DNA of 64,000 bases from Octopus sinensis (taxonomy: Eukaryota), in NCBI RefSeq assembly GCF_006345805.1, contig NC_043004.1, positions 30,256,001 to 30,320,000 on the forward strand, read 5' to 3'. The notes below the pieces were generated by a model. The model saw only the letters and a program-made list of their open reading frames with translations. It was not told the DNA's origin and ran no database searches. The stretch's first letter is position 1. Each line of letters begins with the position of its first letter. Below are positions 27,066-39,947 of this stretch, one piece after another. Made by a program: the position numbers and the translations under genes.

Positions 27066-28675
27066 AAAAGTAATGAAATTAGCAGAAAGGATCATAGCTC
27101 AATTAATTAGGAATAGAGTTAGAACAGATGAGAGGCAGTTTGGATTTGTGCCAAAGAGAAGAACCACTGATGCTATCTTCCTGGTGCAGCAACTGCAGGA
27201 GACATATTTATCCAACAATAAACCTCTCTTTCTGGCTTTTGTTGACATGGAGAAAGCCTTTGACAGGGTTTCCGCTCCCTTATCTGGTGGGCAATGTGGA
27301 AGCTAGGGTTAGATGAATGATTAGTGAGAGCTGTACAAGCCATGTACAGGGCTGTTGTTAGTAGGGTGGGAGTCACCAATGAGAATAACAAGGAGTTTAG
27401 TGTACAAATAGGAGTCCACCAAGGCTTGGTTCTTAGCCCCCTGTAAATGAGGATTTAAGACTAGCCGCCTTTAAGAGGTCCTCTATGTCAATGAACTAGA
27501 GAAGAAGTTTCAGGTATGGAAGCACAAACTGGAATCAAAGGGCCTTACAACTAATTTAACTAAGATCAAAGTATTGATAAGTAGGGAAGCAGACAAATCA
27601 CAGATCCCTTCAGGAAGATGGCCCTGCTCGATATGTAGAAAAGGTGTCAGGAGAAACTCCATAAGGTGTACCCAGTGAAAGCTATGAACACATAAGAAAT
27701 GTGGCAGATGTGCAGCTACATTAAACACCAGGAATGCACAAAAAATAGACACCCTCATATGTTAAGGAGGATCCCTAGAAATAGTAGATAGTTTTTCTTA
27801 CTTAAGTGATCAAGTTAGTAGAGTTGGTGGTTGTTCTAAAAGCATAGCTGCTAGAATAAGAATAGGCTGGACAAAGTTCAGAGTGTTACTACCTCTGTTT
27901 GTAATGAAGAATCTCTCCTTCAAAATGAAAGGCACATTGTATGATGCCTCTGTAAGAACAGCTATGCTGCATAGCAGTGAGACATGGGCTGTGACTACTG
28001 AGGATAAGTGAAGGCTTGAAAGAAATGAAACCACTATGCTTTGCTGGATGGGTAGTGTTAGTGTGCATATTCAACAAAGTGTAAATGATTTAAGAGAAAA
28101 ATTAGATATAAGAGGTATCAGATGTGGTGTACAAGAGAGAAGACTGCACTGGTATGGCCATGTAATGTGTATAAACAAAAACAGTTGCATCAAGATGTGC
28201 TGATCTCCAATTGTAGAGGGAACATGTGGAAGGGGCAGACCCAGGAAGACGTGGGTAAAGTGCTGAGAAAGATCTAGAAATGTAGGAAGTTACAGAGAGT
28301 ATGACAGGGGACTGAGACTCCTGCTGGTTTGTTTTGCTTGAAAAGACATGTCAAGCTAAGTATAAAAGTGTTGTTGTCCTTGTATACAGCTTCATCTCCT
28401 ACAACTCTCTCCAACTGAGTATTCCTAATCTTGCTGGGTCATAGGTGTTGATGCCACATAAAAAGCACCGGTGCCGGTGCTGCATAAATGCACCCAGTTC
28501 ACTCTGTAAAGTGGTTGGCATTAGAAAGGGCACCCAGCTGTAGAAATTATGTCAAAACAAACAGGGAGCCTGAGCAGTCCTTTAGCTAGTCAGCTCCTGT
28601 CAAACTACTCAACCCATGTCAACATGGAAAACATATTTTAAAGGACGATGATGATTATCATGATGATGATGATAT
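27066..28675 (+). mobile_element. 5'-truncated, degraded RTE LINE with 3' UTR and (GAT)n tail
   Basis: DERQFGFVPKRRTTDAIFLVQQLQE...FVDMEKAFDRV; GVHQGLVLSP; SIAARIRIGWTKFRVLLPL; LYDASVRTAMLHSSETWA; RRLHWYGHVM; GRPRKTW; then UTR and GAT repeats. Confidence 0.9.
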
Positions 28676-31600
28676 TGGTTGTGAAACGATGCTGATATAA
28701 ACACGTACATTCTGTGGGCTTCCAAGTTTCCATCAAACAAATTCTACTGGCCAAATACTGATCAATACAAGGCTTTGATAAAAGATGCTAACTCAAAGCG
28801 TTGTGCAATGGGATTGAACCATGAAACTGAGCTTCTTAACTACTTAGCTATAACTGTAGCATGCATGTTTTTTTTTCTCATTTAGTTATAGGTTTTTCCA
28901 TGCAAAACAGTCAGTGATCCATGGCTGTGTTGTTAAGAAGAATACTTTGCAAATATGTGGCTTTGGGTTCAGTCCCACTGCACTGCACCTTGAGCAAGTG
29001 TCTTCTGCTTTAGCCCTTGGCTAACCAATGTCTTGTGAGTGAATTTGGAAGATGGAAACTGTATGCAGGTCCATCACACACATCATGTATGTGTATGTGC
29101 CATGTGTTTATGTTGTGTCAGTGACCCTTCTTTTACCACTTGACTGCTGGTGTTGGTTTGTTTACATCCCTATAACTTAGCAGCTCAGTAAAAGAAGTCG
29201 ATAGAATAAGTACTAGACTTGAAATATAAGTACAAGGGTTAATTTGTTTGACTAAACATTTCAAGGCACATTAATTACATTATTGACATTTCCTCATCTC
29301 CTAAATATAGAACTGCACTTCAAGGCAGTGCCACAGCATGGTCGTAGTCCAACGACTGAACCAAGTAAAAGATAAGAGGTATATAACAACCATGTTGTCT
29401 TCATCTAAACGTCATCAACATCTCATATACAGAACTACTGTTGTTACAATAGTGATAGCTGGAATATTGGTGTTGCTGTTAGAAGAATGGAAGTAATGGA
29501 AGAAGTGTTGATGACATTATCAACAAAGTGAAAACAATTTAAAGCTCCATTTTGGTGGAACACCCTGTAGACAAACAATAATTATTTGCTTCAGTAGACA
29601 TGTAGTTTTGATTTTAACACCAGATTACACTTGAAGTAAACAAACAGAATGTTGGCTATGGTTAGCACGATGCTGGAAGTCAGTGTAAATTCACAAATTA
29701 ATGAAAATTTTGCTAAATATTTCTGTTTGTTTATGATAAAAAATAAAATTAAGTCATGTCTTGGTTATTAGTTTAAGTTTTTTGGAGATTAAGGTTTATT
29801 AGTTTTCTCATAAATAAATATTTCTCTATATTTACTCCTGGATTATCTAATCTATACCAGCATTAAAAAAATAAATGGAAGTCAAAACACTTTAAACCCA
29901 ATAATGTCAGTATTATCAACACGTAGAAGAAAAGATGTATTTATTGGTATTTTTTTTTGTTTTGCTTATTTAAGGTCAAGAAGCAGGTTTCATGTAACAA
30001 AAAATATTTCTTATATATAGGCACAAGTATAATTTTGTGGCTAAGAGGTTCGTTTTTCTATCATGTAGTTTCAAGTTCAATCCCACAACACATCTTGAGC
30101 AAATGTTTTCTAGTTTAGTCTCAAACTGACTGATATTTTGTTACTGGACTTGGTAGATGAAAACTGTGTGGAAGCCCGTCATATATGTGTATATGTGCAT
30201 GTGAAAACGTGCATATGCATACGTTTGTGTTTGTGTTTATTTCTCATTGCATGACAACTGGTGTTGGTTTGTTTACATCCCCTTGGTGGTCCAGTAAAAA
30301 GAAACTGACAGATTAAGTACCAGACTTAAAAACAAGTATTGGAGTTAATTTGATATATTAAACCTATCAAGGCATTGCCCCAGCGTGGCCACAGTTCGAT
30401 GAGGGGAAACACACAAAGAGTAAGCGAAATTATAATCTGTTTTGCATATAAAATTAGGATCTGCTAAAACCAAGGTGCCATGTAAAAAGCATTGGAGTGG
30501 TGTTGGTGCCATGTAAAAGGCACTGGCACTGGTGCCATTTATATGGCACCCAGTACATCTTGTAAAGTGGTTGGCATTAGAAAAGGCCATCCAATCATCT
30601 AACCATAGAAACCAAGCCAAAACAGACTGTGGAATCTGGTGCAGCCCCTGACCTTACCAGTTCTTGTCAAGTCGTCCAACAAATGCCAGCATGGAAAATG
30701 AATGTTAAATGATGATGATGATGATGATGATGATGATATGCTATTTTACCAAATATACCAGTGTCTCAGACATTGAATAAATGTAGTCAGTTGAGCATAT
30801 CTGGTAGTTTGAGAAACAGCTCCATGGAGCAACATCTTTCTCTACGCTTGATATCAAAATATATGTTGTGGGGGAATTTTCTTACAACAATAGAAATTGT
30901 TCAAAGATCAATAATTCAGCAACAACTGTCAGATATTAGAATTGCTTGCGTGCAATGAAGTTGTTCAATTGTAAAGACTCCTTAGAACAAATTCATGGTT
31001 TTGGTTTTGTTGCTTTTTTTTTTTTTTTCGCATAGCAGCAACATATTGGAAGCAACATGAAATATGAACAATATGTGTTGTTATTGAGTTAAACGAAGAT
31101 ATATATTGTAGCCTTTTATTTCCTTCTTTTTTTCTCAATTCCTCCCCTTTTTTCAACCCAGTCAGTAATCTCTTTAATTACTTTCCATTCTTCATCTTTC
31201 CCCACTGGATCACTGCCTACTTTCTCTTCAGGTTTCCTTCTGTTATAGAGGCCACTTCAGGGCCTTAGCTTTGCAAGTTGCATAGTGATCGTTACTATGC
31301 TATGAACACTATGTTAAGTGATTGATATTAGGAAGAGCATCCAGTCATAAAAATCATGCCATAGCAGACACTGGAGCACAAAGCAGTTCTCTAACATCAA
31401 ATGCTGTCAAACCGGCCAACCCATGCCAGTATGGAAGCCAAACATTAAGTGATCATGCTGATAATATTTATTTGGACAATTTTGTTTTATAATATTTTGT
31501 ACATTCACATTGCTTTGTAAACAAGCTGCCATGACAGGTAATGCAATCCTCTTTCATTCAACATAAGGTCAACAAGTATTTCTTCAATTCTCAACTGCTG

Positions 31601-33134
31601 GCAGACATCCCAGTCTCCTATCACTGCCAACTCTGCCAATTTTGCTTAAATATACAGCAGGTACAATCTGCTTTTCCAACCACATGGCTTCAGGTTTATT
31701 CTCACAATGTGGCACTCTTTATGAGTGAATTTTATAGTCAGAAACTATGTGGAAGCCTGTTTGTTTGTTTGTCTGTTTGTTTCTTTTCTTTTTTCTTTGC
31801 TTATTTGTTTGAATGCTGAAGGGTTTATATGCTGACAAAATGATGAAAAAGGAAAAAAAAAAACAGTGAAGAACACATCTGATAATTGTCCAAGATAGAA
31901 ACTGCCTGAAATAAAATGGGATAGTCATGTCTCGTGTGGAGGCATAAGGCTTAGTGGTTAGGGCATTAGACACATGATTATAAGATTGTGGTTTCAATTC
32001 CTGGACCAGACAATGCATTGTGTTCTTGAGTAAAACACTTCATTTCATGTTGCTCCAATCCACTCAGCTGGTAAAATGAGTAATCTTGCAACGGATCAGC
32101 ATCCTATCCAGGGAGGAATATATATGTCAAAGAAACCAGAAAACTGGCCCTGTGATTCTTATAAAGTAATGCTTGGCATGTCTTTTATCTGCTGGATCAG
32201 CTACAACAACATTATAAACCTTCACTAACAGGCATCCTCATTAAAAGGTTGTCTTCATTTGATAATTTCTGTTAAATGTTAAGTTTTACAAATTCCTCCT
32301 TGGTATTTCTACCATCGCTTCCAAACACCGTCTTCTGCTTCACTGGACTGACTGACTCTTCCTCTCTACTGTGCCTGATTAGAATAAAATATGTTTTAGA
32401 GTAGAGTGGGGCTGTGTGTGTGTGTATTCACTGCCAAGATAGCTTTACTCTGTCTAATCTGTCTTATTTTTTAACAATGTTTATCCATGACAAGATGAAT
32501 GGAAAATCTGTCAAACTTAAGGTGACTTAAGTTGATGTTAACTTCAGTTTTTCCATGTTGTGGTAGCAGCTGCTGATTATGATGACGATGATGATGATGG
32601 TGAGGAGGAGGAGGAGGATGTTGGTGATGAGAGTTGTGGTGATGGTGATGATGATGATGATGATGATGATGAAAGTGCTTGAGATGGTGGGTGTAACGAT
32701 GGTAACAGCAATGATGATGGTCAGAATGATGAAGATGGTGATGATAAAGGTCTCCTAAATCGCTTAGAATATCATTCTTTATGTAGAAATAACCAGTCTT
32801 GATTCTAAATAATCAGTTCTAAATAATCCTGGTGACAATTACCCAAACACTCCACCCCCAACCAATGTTACCCAACACCCATCCTTATCTGCTACTAGTC
32901 AAAATAACGGTCCTTTGATCAGTTAGTTAGTCTTTGAGTAATGAAAAGAATAAGCACTAAGGTCAATTTGTTTGACAAAACCCTTAAAGACGGTGCTTCA
33001 GCATACCACAGTCTAATGGCTGGAATAAGTAAAAAGTAAAAGATAAAAGAGACCTTTGTCTAGACCTGTAGTTCTGGACTATTTTTTGTGCTTATGGACC
33101 CCTGTGATTCCTATTTTACTCAAGGGGAAGGGGG

Positions 33135-33366
33135 TCTTTTCCTTTTGATGGACGGAATTTTCTAGTTAACTAAACAATTTGAAACTTCGTATACTGGTAG
33201 AATGTGTCAAAAGAAAACATTATTGTAAACAAAATTGAAAACAAAATTGTAATTTGTAAGTTTAACGTAGTTTAATTCTTTGAATTTTAACCAATGAAAT
33301 GCCAGCATTTGAGCTGAAATCATTTGCTGCGTCTAAAAACTCAGACAATATCCTCTTGCAACGTAA

Positions 33367-33414
<48 letters not shown>

Positions 33415-34352
33415 TTGTTCATCCTTCTCTCTTCTGTCTGTTTGATAAACAAAGGTGGAAGGAGGAGGCATGTGCTAGAAATAACAGCTATATCTCTTAA
33501 ATCGATGAATTTCGTCGCCCAATAAAAATATTAACGATATTTTTTGAATATTTTCTTTATTTTTTTTTACCGAAAAGGCTTCTCCCATGGTTTTGAAGGG
33601 CCAGAAACAACAAAAACAAAACAATAATATGCCTAAATCGGTCTAGAGGGTGCGCGTGGAGTGTGGGTTATATTGTAAAAATTTGCGAAATATTTTTTCA
33701 TAAAAGGATGCCCCAGCTTGTCAGAGGCTGTGATATAAATTGGGAAAAAAATCCTCGACACCAGTGCGTAATTGGTACTTAATTTATCGACCCCGAAACG
33801 ATGAAACATTGACCCCCCCCCCCTTCTGGTTTATTTACCTTTTGTGTAAATTTGTTGCGGCAAGGAGCAAAACACAGAGGGGACAAAGCATGAGATACAA
33901 AAGTATTAAGTCGATTCTATCGACACCAGTGCGAACTCACGAACGTGTATGTATGCTTGTGTGCGTATGTGTGTGTATGTATATCTCCGTTTGTATGTGT
34001 GTGTACGCTTATATATTAATTACTATGTGCCTGTGCAAATGTATATGCATGTGTTTGAGAGAGAGAGAGAGAGAGAGAGTGTTTGTGTGTGTGTGTGTGC
34101 AAGTGTATGTGTGTACGTGTGTATGTCTGCTATGTTTGTTTATCAATATCGATAACGCAGAAGATGATTTGAGCTCAAATGCTGGCATTTCATTGGTTAA
34201 AATTCGAAGAATTAAACTACGTTAAACTTACAAATTACAATTTTGTTTTCAATTTTGTTTACAATATTGTTTTCTTTTGACACATTCTACCAGTATACGA
34301 AGTTTCAAATTGTTTAGTTAACTAGAAAATTCCGTCCATCAAAAGGAAAAGA
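33135..34352. mobile_element. Foldback/MITE-like element with ~198-bp highly similar inverted arms
   Basis: 33135-33332 is the reverse complement of 34155-34352 with only a handful of mismatches. The spacer carries microsatellites and a SINE fragment. Confidence 0.88.
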
Positions 34353-34707
34353 TCCGGGGAGGAAAAGATCCGGGGGAAGGATCTCCATAGTCATTTGATG
34401 TCTAAAAACTCCCATTATATTTTTATGATTACATATTATTAGGAATTGTATAAAAAAAATCTTCTGATATGATAAAACACTAAGTGTGTGCCTGTTGGTC
34501 ACACTGTAAGCTGTAGGGAGAGAAGAGTAAAGCAAGATATGGAGTGGGAGTGGGTGGTAGTGAGAGATGCTAATGCAGGTGGATGAGGCTAGGGAAAGAA
34601 GAATAAAACAACAAATGGTGTGGCAGTGAGTGGCAGTCAGAATCAACAGTATTTAAATGAAGATGGAATTAAATGTTGATCGTAAATTCCAAACACACAC
34701 ACACACA

Positions 34708-34747
<40 letters not shown>

Positions 34748-34768
34748 ACACACACACGCACACACGCG

Positions 34769-34819
<51 letters not shown>

Positions 34820-35129
34820 GCGCGCGCACACATACACACACATACAAACACACACCCACACACAAACACGTAAACACACCCACACAAAAAAGACATATAT
34901 GTTACATACAATAAAATGATTTCTTCGATCAAGAAATGTAAACAAACATACGCATGTGCTCACACATTCATGCACTCACACATGTATATGTATGCCCATG
35001 CATAGACGTACATAAATAGGTATGTGTATATATAAGCATATATATATATATAGTATGTGACCTCGTGTAGACTACCTGCTATTTGTTTTTTCCTCTGTCC
35101 TCCCGTCTTGGGGTGTTTTTTTCTCCTAT

Positions 35130-35164
35130 GTTTCCGACGAAGAGCTCCGCTCGAAACGTCAAAC
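35130..35164 (+). ncRNA. Minimal hammerhead ribozyme motif (Penelope/retrozyme type), copy 1
   Basis: GUUU-CCGACGA-A-GAGC(UCC)GCUC-GAAA-CG-UC-AAAC. Stem I GUUU/AAAC, core CCGACGA (U4C variant of CUGANGA), 4-bp stem II, GAAA, palindromic ACGU in place of stem III, GUC cleavage triplet. Confidence 0.65.
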
Positions 35165-35610
35165 CCTCCTTCTTCCCTTCTTTCCTGAGCGTCCAATAAT
35201 ACTTTATTTGTTCCACATCCTTGCGTTGTTGTTTTTTTGTTGTTTTTTTGTTTTCTTGTTTGGATTAACTTTATATATATATATATATATATATATTTAA
35301 ACACACACACACATACAAACACACACCCACACACACACACACATACACACACACACACACCCACACAAAAAAGACATATATGTTACATACAATAAAATGA
35401 TTTCTTCGATCAAGAAATGTAAACAAACATACGCATGTGCTCACACATTCATGCACTCACACATGTATATGTATGCCCATGCATAGACGTACATAAATAG
35501 GTATGTGTATATATAAGCATATATATATATATAGTATGTGACCTCGTGTAGACTACCTGCTATTTGTTTTTTCCTCTGTCCTCCCGTCTTGGGGTGTTTT
35601 TTTCTCCTAT

Positions 35611-35645
35611 GTTTCCGACGAAGAGCTCCGCTCGAAACGTCAAAC
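35611..35645 (+). ncRNA. Minimal hammerhead ribozyme motif, copy 2 (identical)
   Basis: Same 35-nt sequence 481 bp downstream, in the second unit of the tandem duplication. Confidence 0.62.
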
Positions 35646-36035
35646 CCTCCTTCTTCCCTTCTTTCCTGAGCGTCCAATAATACTTTATTTGTTCCACATC
35701 CTTGCGTTGTTGTTTTTTTGTTGTTTTTTGTTTTCTTGTTTGGATTAACTTTATATATATATATATATATATATTTAAACACACACACACATACCCATAT
35801 ATGTATATATGTATATATATTCTTTTATTCTTTTACTTGTTTCAGTCATTTGACAGTAGCCATGTTGGAGCACTGCCTTTAGTTGAGCAAATCACCCCTA
35901 GGACTGATTCTTTGTAAGTCTAGTACTTATTCTATCAATCTTTTTTACCAAACCACTAAGTTATAGGGATGTAAATGCATCAGTATCTATTGTCAAATGA
36001 TGCTGGGGGGGGGACAAACACAGACACACAAACAT

Positions 36036-36067
<32 letters not shown>

Positions 36068-36189
36068 GGAATGGTTTGGCATGGCTGGGTCAAACTGTCC
36101 TACTCATGCCAGCACAGTCAGCAGATGTTTGGCGATGATGATGATGATGATGATGATGATAATATATATATATACACGCATATATATAT

Positions 36190-36220
<31 letters not shown>

Positions 36221-36235
36221 GTATGTTTTATGTAT

Positions 36236-36301
<66 letters not shown>

Positions 36302-36305
36302 GTAT

Positions 36306-36375
<70 letters not shown>

Positions 36376-36549
36376 GTATATGTACATATATGTGTGTTTG
36401 TGTTTGTACACAAACATACATTATTTGAGTGATATTTTCAACTGAGATGTTACATCTTATCCTTCAAGTGCTTCATTTCTGTGTATGTACATATATTTAC
36501 TAGAATAAACTGACACTTATTAATAGTTTTCCCCATTGTGCCATTTAGT

Positions 36550-36709
36550 ATCATAAAACTGTTGGTATTTTTGTTGACACGGGTATACTAGTGTTTAGAT
36601 ATTTTGTGTATTGTTGAAATATAACCAGTTTATTACACATAAATTTTAACAACGAAATTTTATATGTACCCCCCCCATGAGCCATATGAACCCCTGTTAA
36701 GAACCACTG
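36550..36709 (-). mobile_element. Partial hAT MITE related to 25206-25548
   Basis: The reverse strand reads cagtggttcttaacaggggttcatatggctcatggggg; the second TIR was not found. Confidence 0.55.
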
Positions 36710-37591
36710 ATGTAGACTATAACAAAATGAAACTGCCAGTTTAAAACACATGGTAGTTTGCAAAGCATAGCTTTTAATTAAATTTCACATGAAATACCCA
36801 TTTAAACATTATATTCCATTTCACTTACTTGGGTAGCTTCCTTAGTGGCTACATCCAATAATTCAGGACTTCTTCAAGGATCTGTTATATTCCTATATTT
36901 CTTCCTATCTACACTAATAACCAATATGTATCAGAGTTTGCAGTGTGGTTGTCAGCTAAGCTGAAGTATAGCTTATCTGGAAATGTAAGTCTTTGGATTG
37001 TATCTAGTTATTTGTATGTTGCTGGTATATTTGATTAGAACTGACCTGAGGTTATAAAACAACAACAACAACTGTAAATCTGAACCACTTTCTGCCACAA
37101 ACACTAATGAACCAACTCTAGTTCCTCTCTTCTAATCCATTTGTGAATAAAGCATTTCCTCACTGTAAAATCATTGATAGCTTTGATTATTGAGTAAGAT
37201 TTAACAAGAAATTAAAAAAAAGAAAACCAGCACAATCTAATACTGAAACTTGGTCACACCAAAGAACCCCCAAAGCCAAACAAGTTGCTTGCAGAAAAGT
37301 ATGAAAAAGAAAAGTAAAAAAGTCTTCCATTCTTCTAGCAGTGCCACTGAAATATCTTTTTCCAATGTTTTCACTTCTATATAATTACTGTAACCTCGAC
37401 GACGAACATAATTCTGTTATTTACATAAATTATTAGTGCCTTGAAGCAAATCTTGGCCCACTTACCGTTTTCAGATGTAAAGAGTAGAAACAGTTTTTAG
37501 CAAATCACAAAAGAAATAATGAAACATTCATTTTTTTTCCTGAAAACAAAATTATTGGAGAAATCTCTCAATCCTTATATGTCTTATGTTT

Positions 37592-38050
37592 AACCAAAGA
37601 ATATATTTACTTAATCAGTAGATGTCAAGATTGGTAGAGAGATATTTTAGGTCAGCCAAAGAACATTTATTTATTAAGTGGATCTCATAAGTGTATGTGG
37701 TAGTGGTGGTGGTGGTGGTGGTTGTGGGGTGATATTGTAAGTCTAACAACAGAATATATTGATCCAAACAGTGGATGTCAGAATTGGTAGAGAGATATTG
37801 TAGGTCTAAATCAAAGAACATGTTTATTTAATCAGTAGATGTCAAGATTGGTAGAGAGATATTGTAGGTCCAATCAAAGAATATTTATTTACACACAAGT
37901 GTGTGCGTGTGTGTGTGTGTGTACTGGGGGGGTGGAGATATTGTGAGTCTTACAACAGACTATATTGATCTAAACAATGAATGTCAAAACTGGTAGAGAT
38001 ATATTATAGGTCTAACCAAAGAATATGTTTATTTAACCAATGGATGTAGA
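37592..38050. repeat. Diverged ~57-60-bp minisatellite with higher-order organisation
   Basis: The unit aaagaata..ttta.ttaatcagtagatgtcaagattggtagagagatattgtaggtc recurs, and GT-rich spacers occur twice. Confidence 0.8.
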
Positions 38051-38429
38051 ATCAGTAATGTTATGGACCAAATGCCTTGAACTATTTTGTTATATCCAAG
38101 TCACACTCTGCTCAAATCTGCCTTTCCTTCCCAGAGTTGATGATGTAGTATGATGTGTGGCAGGGTGTGGATGTGTTAGTTGTGTGATGTATACATATGA
38201 ATTAAATGATCGTGCTGCTTCTCTTCCCCTGTAAAATATTTATAGAGTTTCACCTATGTTCACAGAAACAACAACTGGGTCTTTGCATTCAGTTGTGCTC
38301 CTTTGCACCTAGCACTTGGCATCATTTTACCCTTTAGCATTCAGATTAATCAGTCATATTTAATACTTATTTATACACATTGTTTTAAATTAATCTTGTA
38401 GCTTTGAGATTTCAGTGATATGATTACTC

Positions 38430-38840
38430 TTTTACTCTTTTACTCTTTTACTTGTTTCAGTCATTTGACTGCGGCGATGCTGGAGCACCACCTTTAATCG
38501 AGCAACTCGACCCCGGGACTTATTCTTTGTAAGCCCAGTACTTATTCTATCCGTCTCTTTTGCCGAACCGCTAAGTGACGGGGACGTAAACACACCAGCA
38601 TCGGTTGTCAAGCAATGCTAGGGGGACAAACACAGACACACAAACACACACACACATACATATATATACATATATATGACAGGCTTCTTTCAGTTTCCGT
38701 CTACCAAATCCACTCACAAGGCATTGGTCGGCCCGGAGCTATAGCAGAAGACACTTGCCCAAGATGCCACGCATTGGGACTGAACCCGGAACCATGTGGT
38801 TGGTTAGCAAGCTACTTACCACACAGCTACTCCTGCGCCT
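38430..38840 (-). mobile_element. Young, near full-length tRNA-derived SINE (family A)
   Basis: Minus strand: aggcgcaggagtagctgtgtggtaagtag (A-box-like), ccgggttcagtccc (B-box-like), central CA/TA tract, (GAGTAAAA)n tail. CpGs are retained. Confidence 0.85.
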
Positions 38841-39654
38841 GTTGTTTATCATTAGAACATTGTAGGATAGGTGTGAGAGGTCAGATCTGGCCAGTCTGAA
38901 CATGAAACAAGTAGAATATTTAGGCCGGATATGGCCGGTTTAAATGTTAAAAATTTAATTCCTCTTTGAATATTTCTTTTACTGCTGTTAAGATTTTATA
39001 AGGTAAAAACAAAAAATTTAAAAAAAACCCCAAAAAACTCAGCAACCAGATTAATGTATTACAACACCAGAATATGCAAAAGACATTGCAAATGAGAGGT
39101 GTCAACCAACTCAGTTTCTTAACACATGTCAGATGTGATTGTTGTTCCATATTTATGCTATGTCTAAATATTGATACTGCAGTTAATATGCTTAAATATT
39201 TTATCCATTCCTAGTTAAATATATCATCATTAATTATTGCTTTAGGTTTGAGTGTTTCGTTTGTCTCTTCTATCATTGCTATACCATTTAATTCATTATC
39301 TCCCAACTCCCTCATCTTACTCTACCCACTTTACTATACACACACCTCAGTATACACATTTTAGAATTAATCTTATTTTAATTATTGGAGGGCCCCACCC
39401 CCACCCCCAGATTTCATCCCCCACATATCTGCCTTATCATTGGTAATGGTTTTTCCTGTGTACATGCATAAATGTAGTTGTTTTCCCAAATAAATTACAT
39501 TTCATGTTTGTGACTCTGGTGAAGCTCTAAGGTGATACTCAGGCACTCAATCATGAGTCAGTGGCATCTTATAGCAGAAACTTTTGTAAGCTAATGAAGT
39601 TCATTAGATAATCGTTTATTTTTTTTTTTTGTTATATCTATATCTGTACCTATA

Positions 39655-39683
39655 CCTATATCTGTCTGTCTGTCTGTTTGTCA

Positions 39684-39777
<94 letters not shown>

Positions 39778-39792
39778 ATATCTATCTGTCTG

Positions 39793-39887
<95 letters not shown>

Positions 39888-39908
39888 CTATATATATATA
39901 TATATATA

Positions 39909-39942
<34 letters not shown>
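39655..39942. repeat. (TCTA)n/(TC)n/(TA)n compound microsatellite
   Basis: Directly visible. Confidence 0.95.

Positions 39943-39947
<5 letters not shown>

Larger units (their letters stand above)
34877..35790. repeat. Near-identical 481-bp tandem duplication containing a CpG-rich Penelope-like terminal fragment
   Basis: cacccacacaaaaaagac recurs at 34877 and 35358. Copies differ only in homopolymer and microsatellite lengths. Junctions lie in (CA)n/(TA)n. Confidence 0.9.

Noticed and set aside
37466-37539. Acceptor/donor pair (ttttcag ... G|gtaagt) on the minus strand inside intron 1
   Set aside because: Stops in all three frames, so it cannot be a coding exon between the signal and CUB exons; at most a poison exon.
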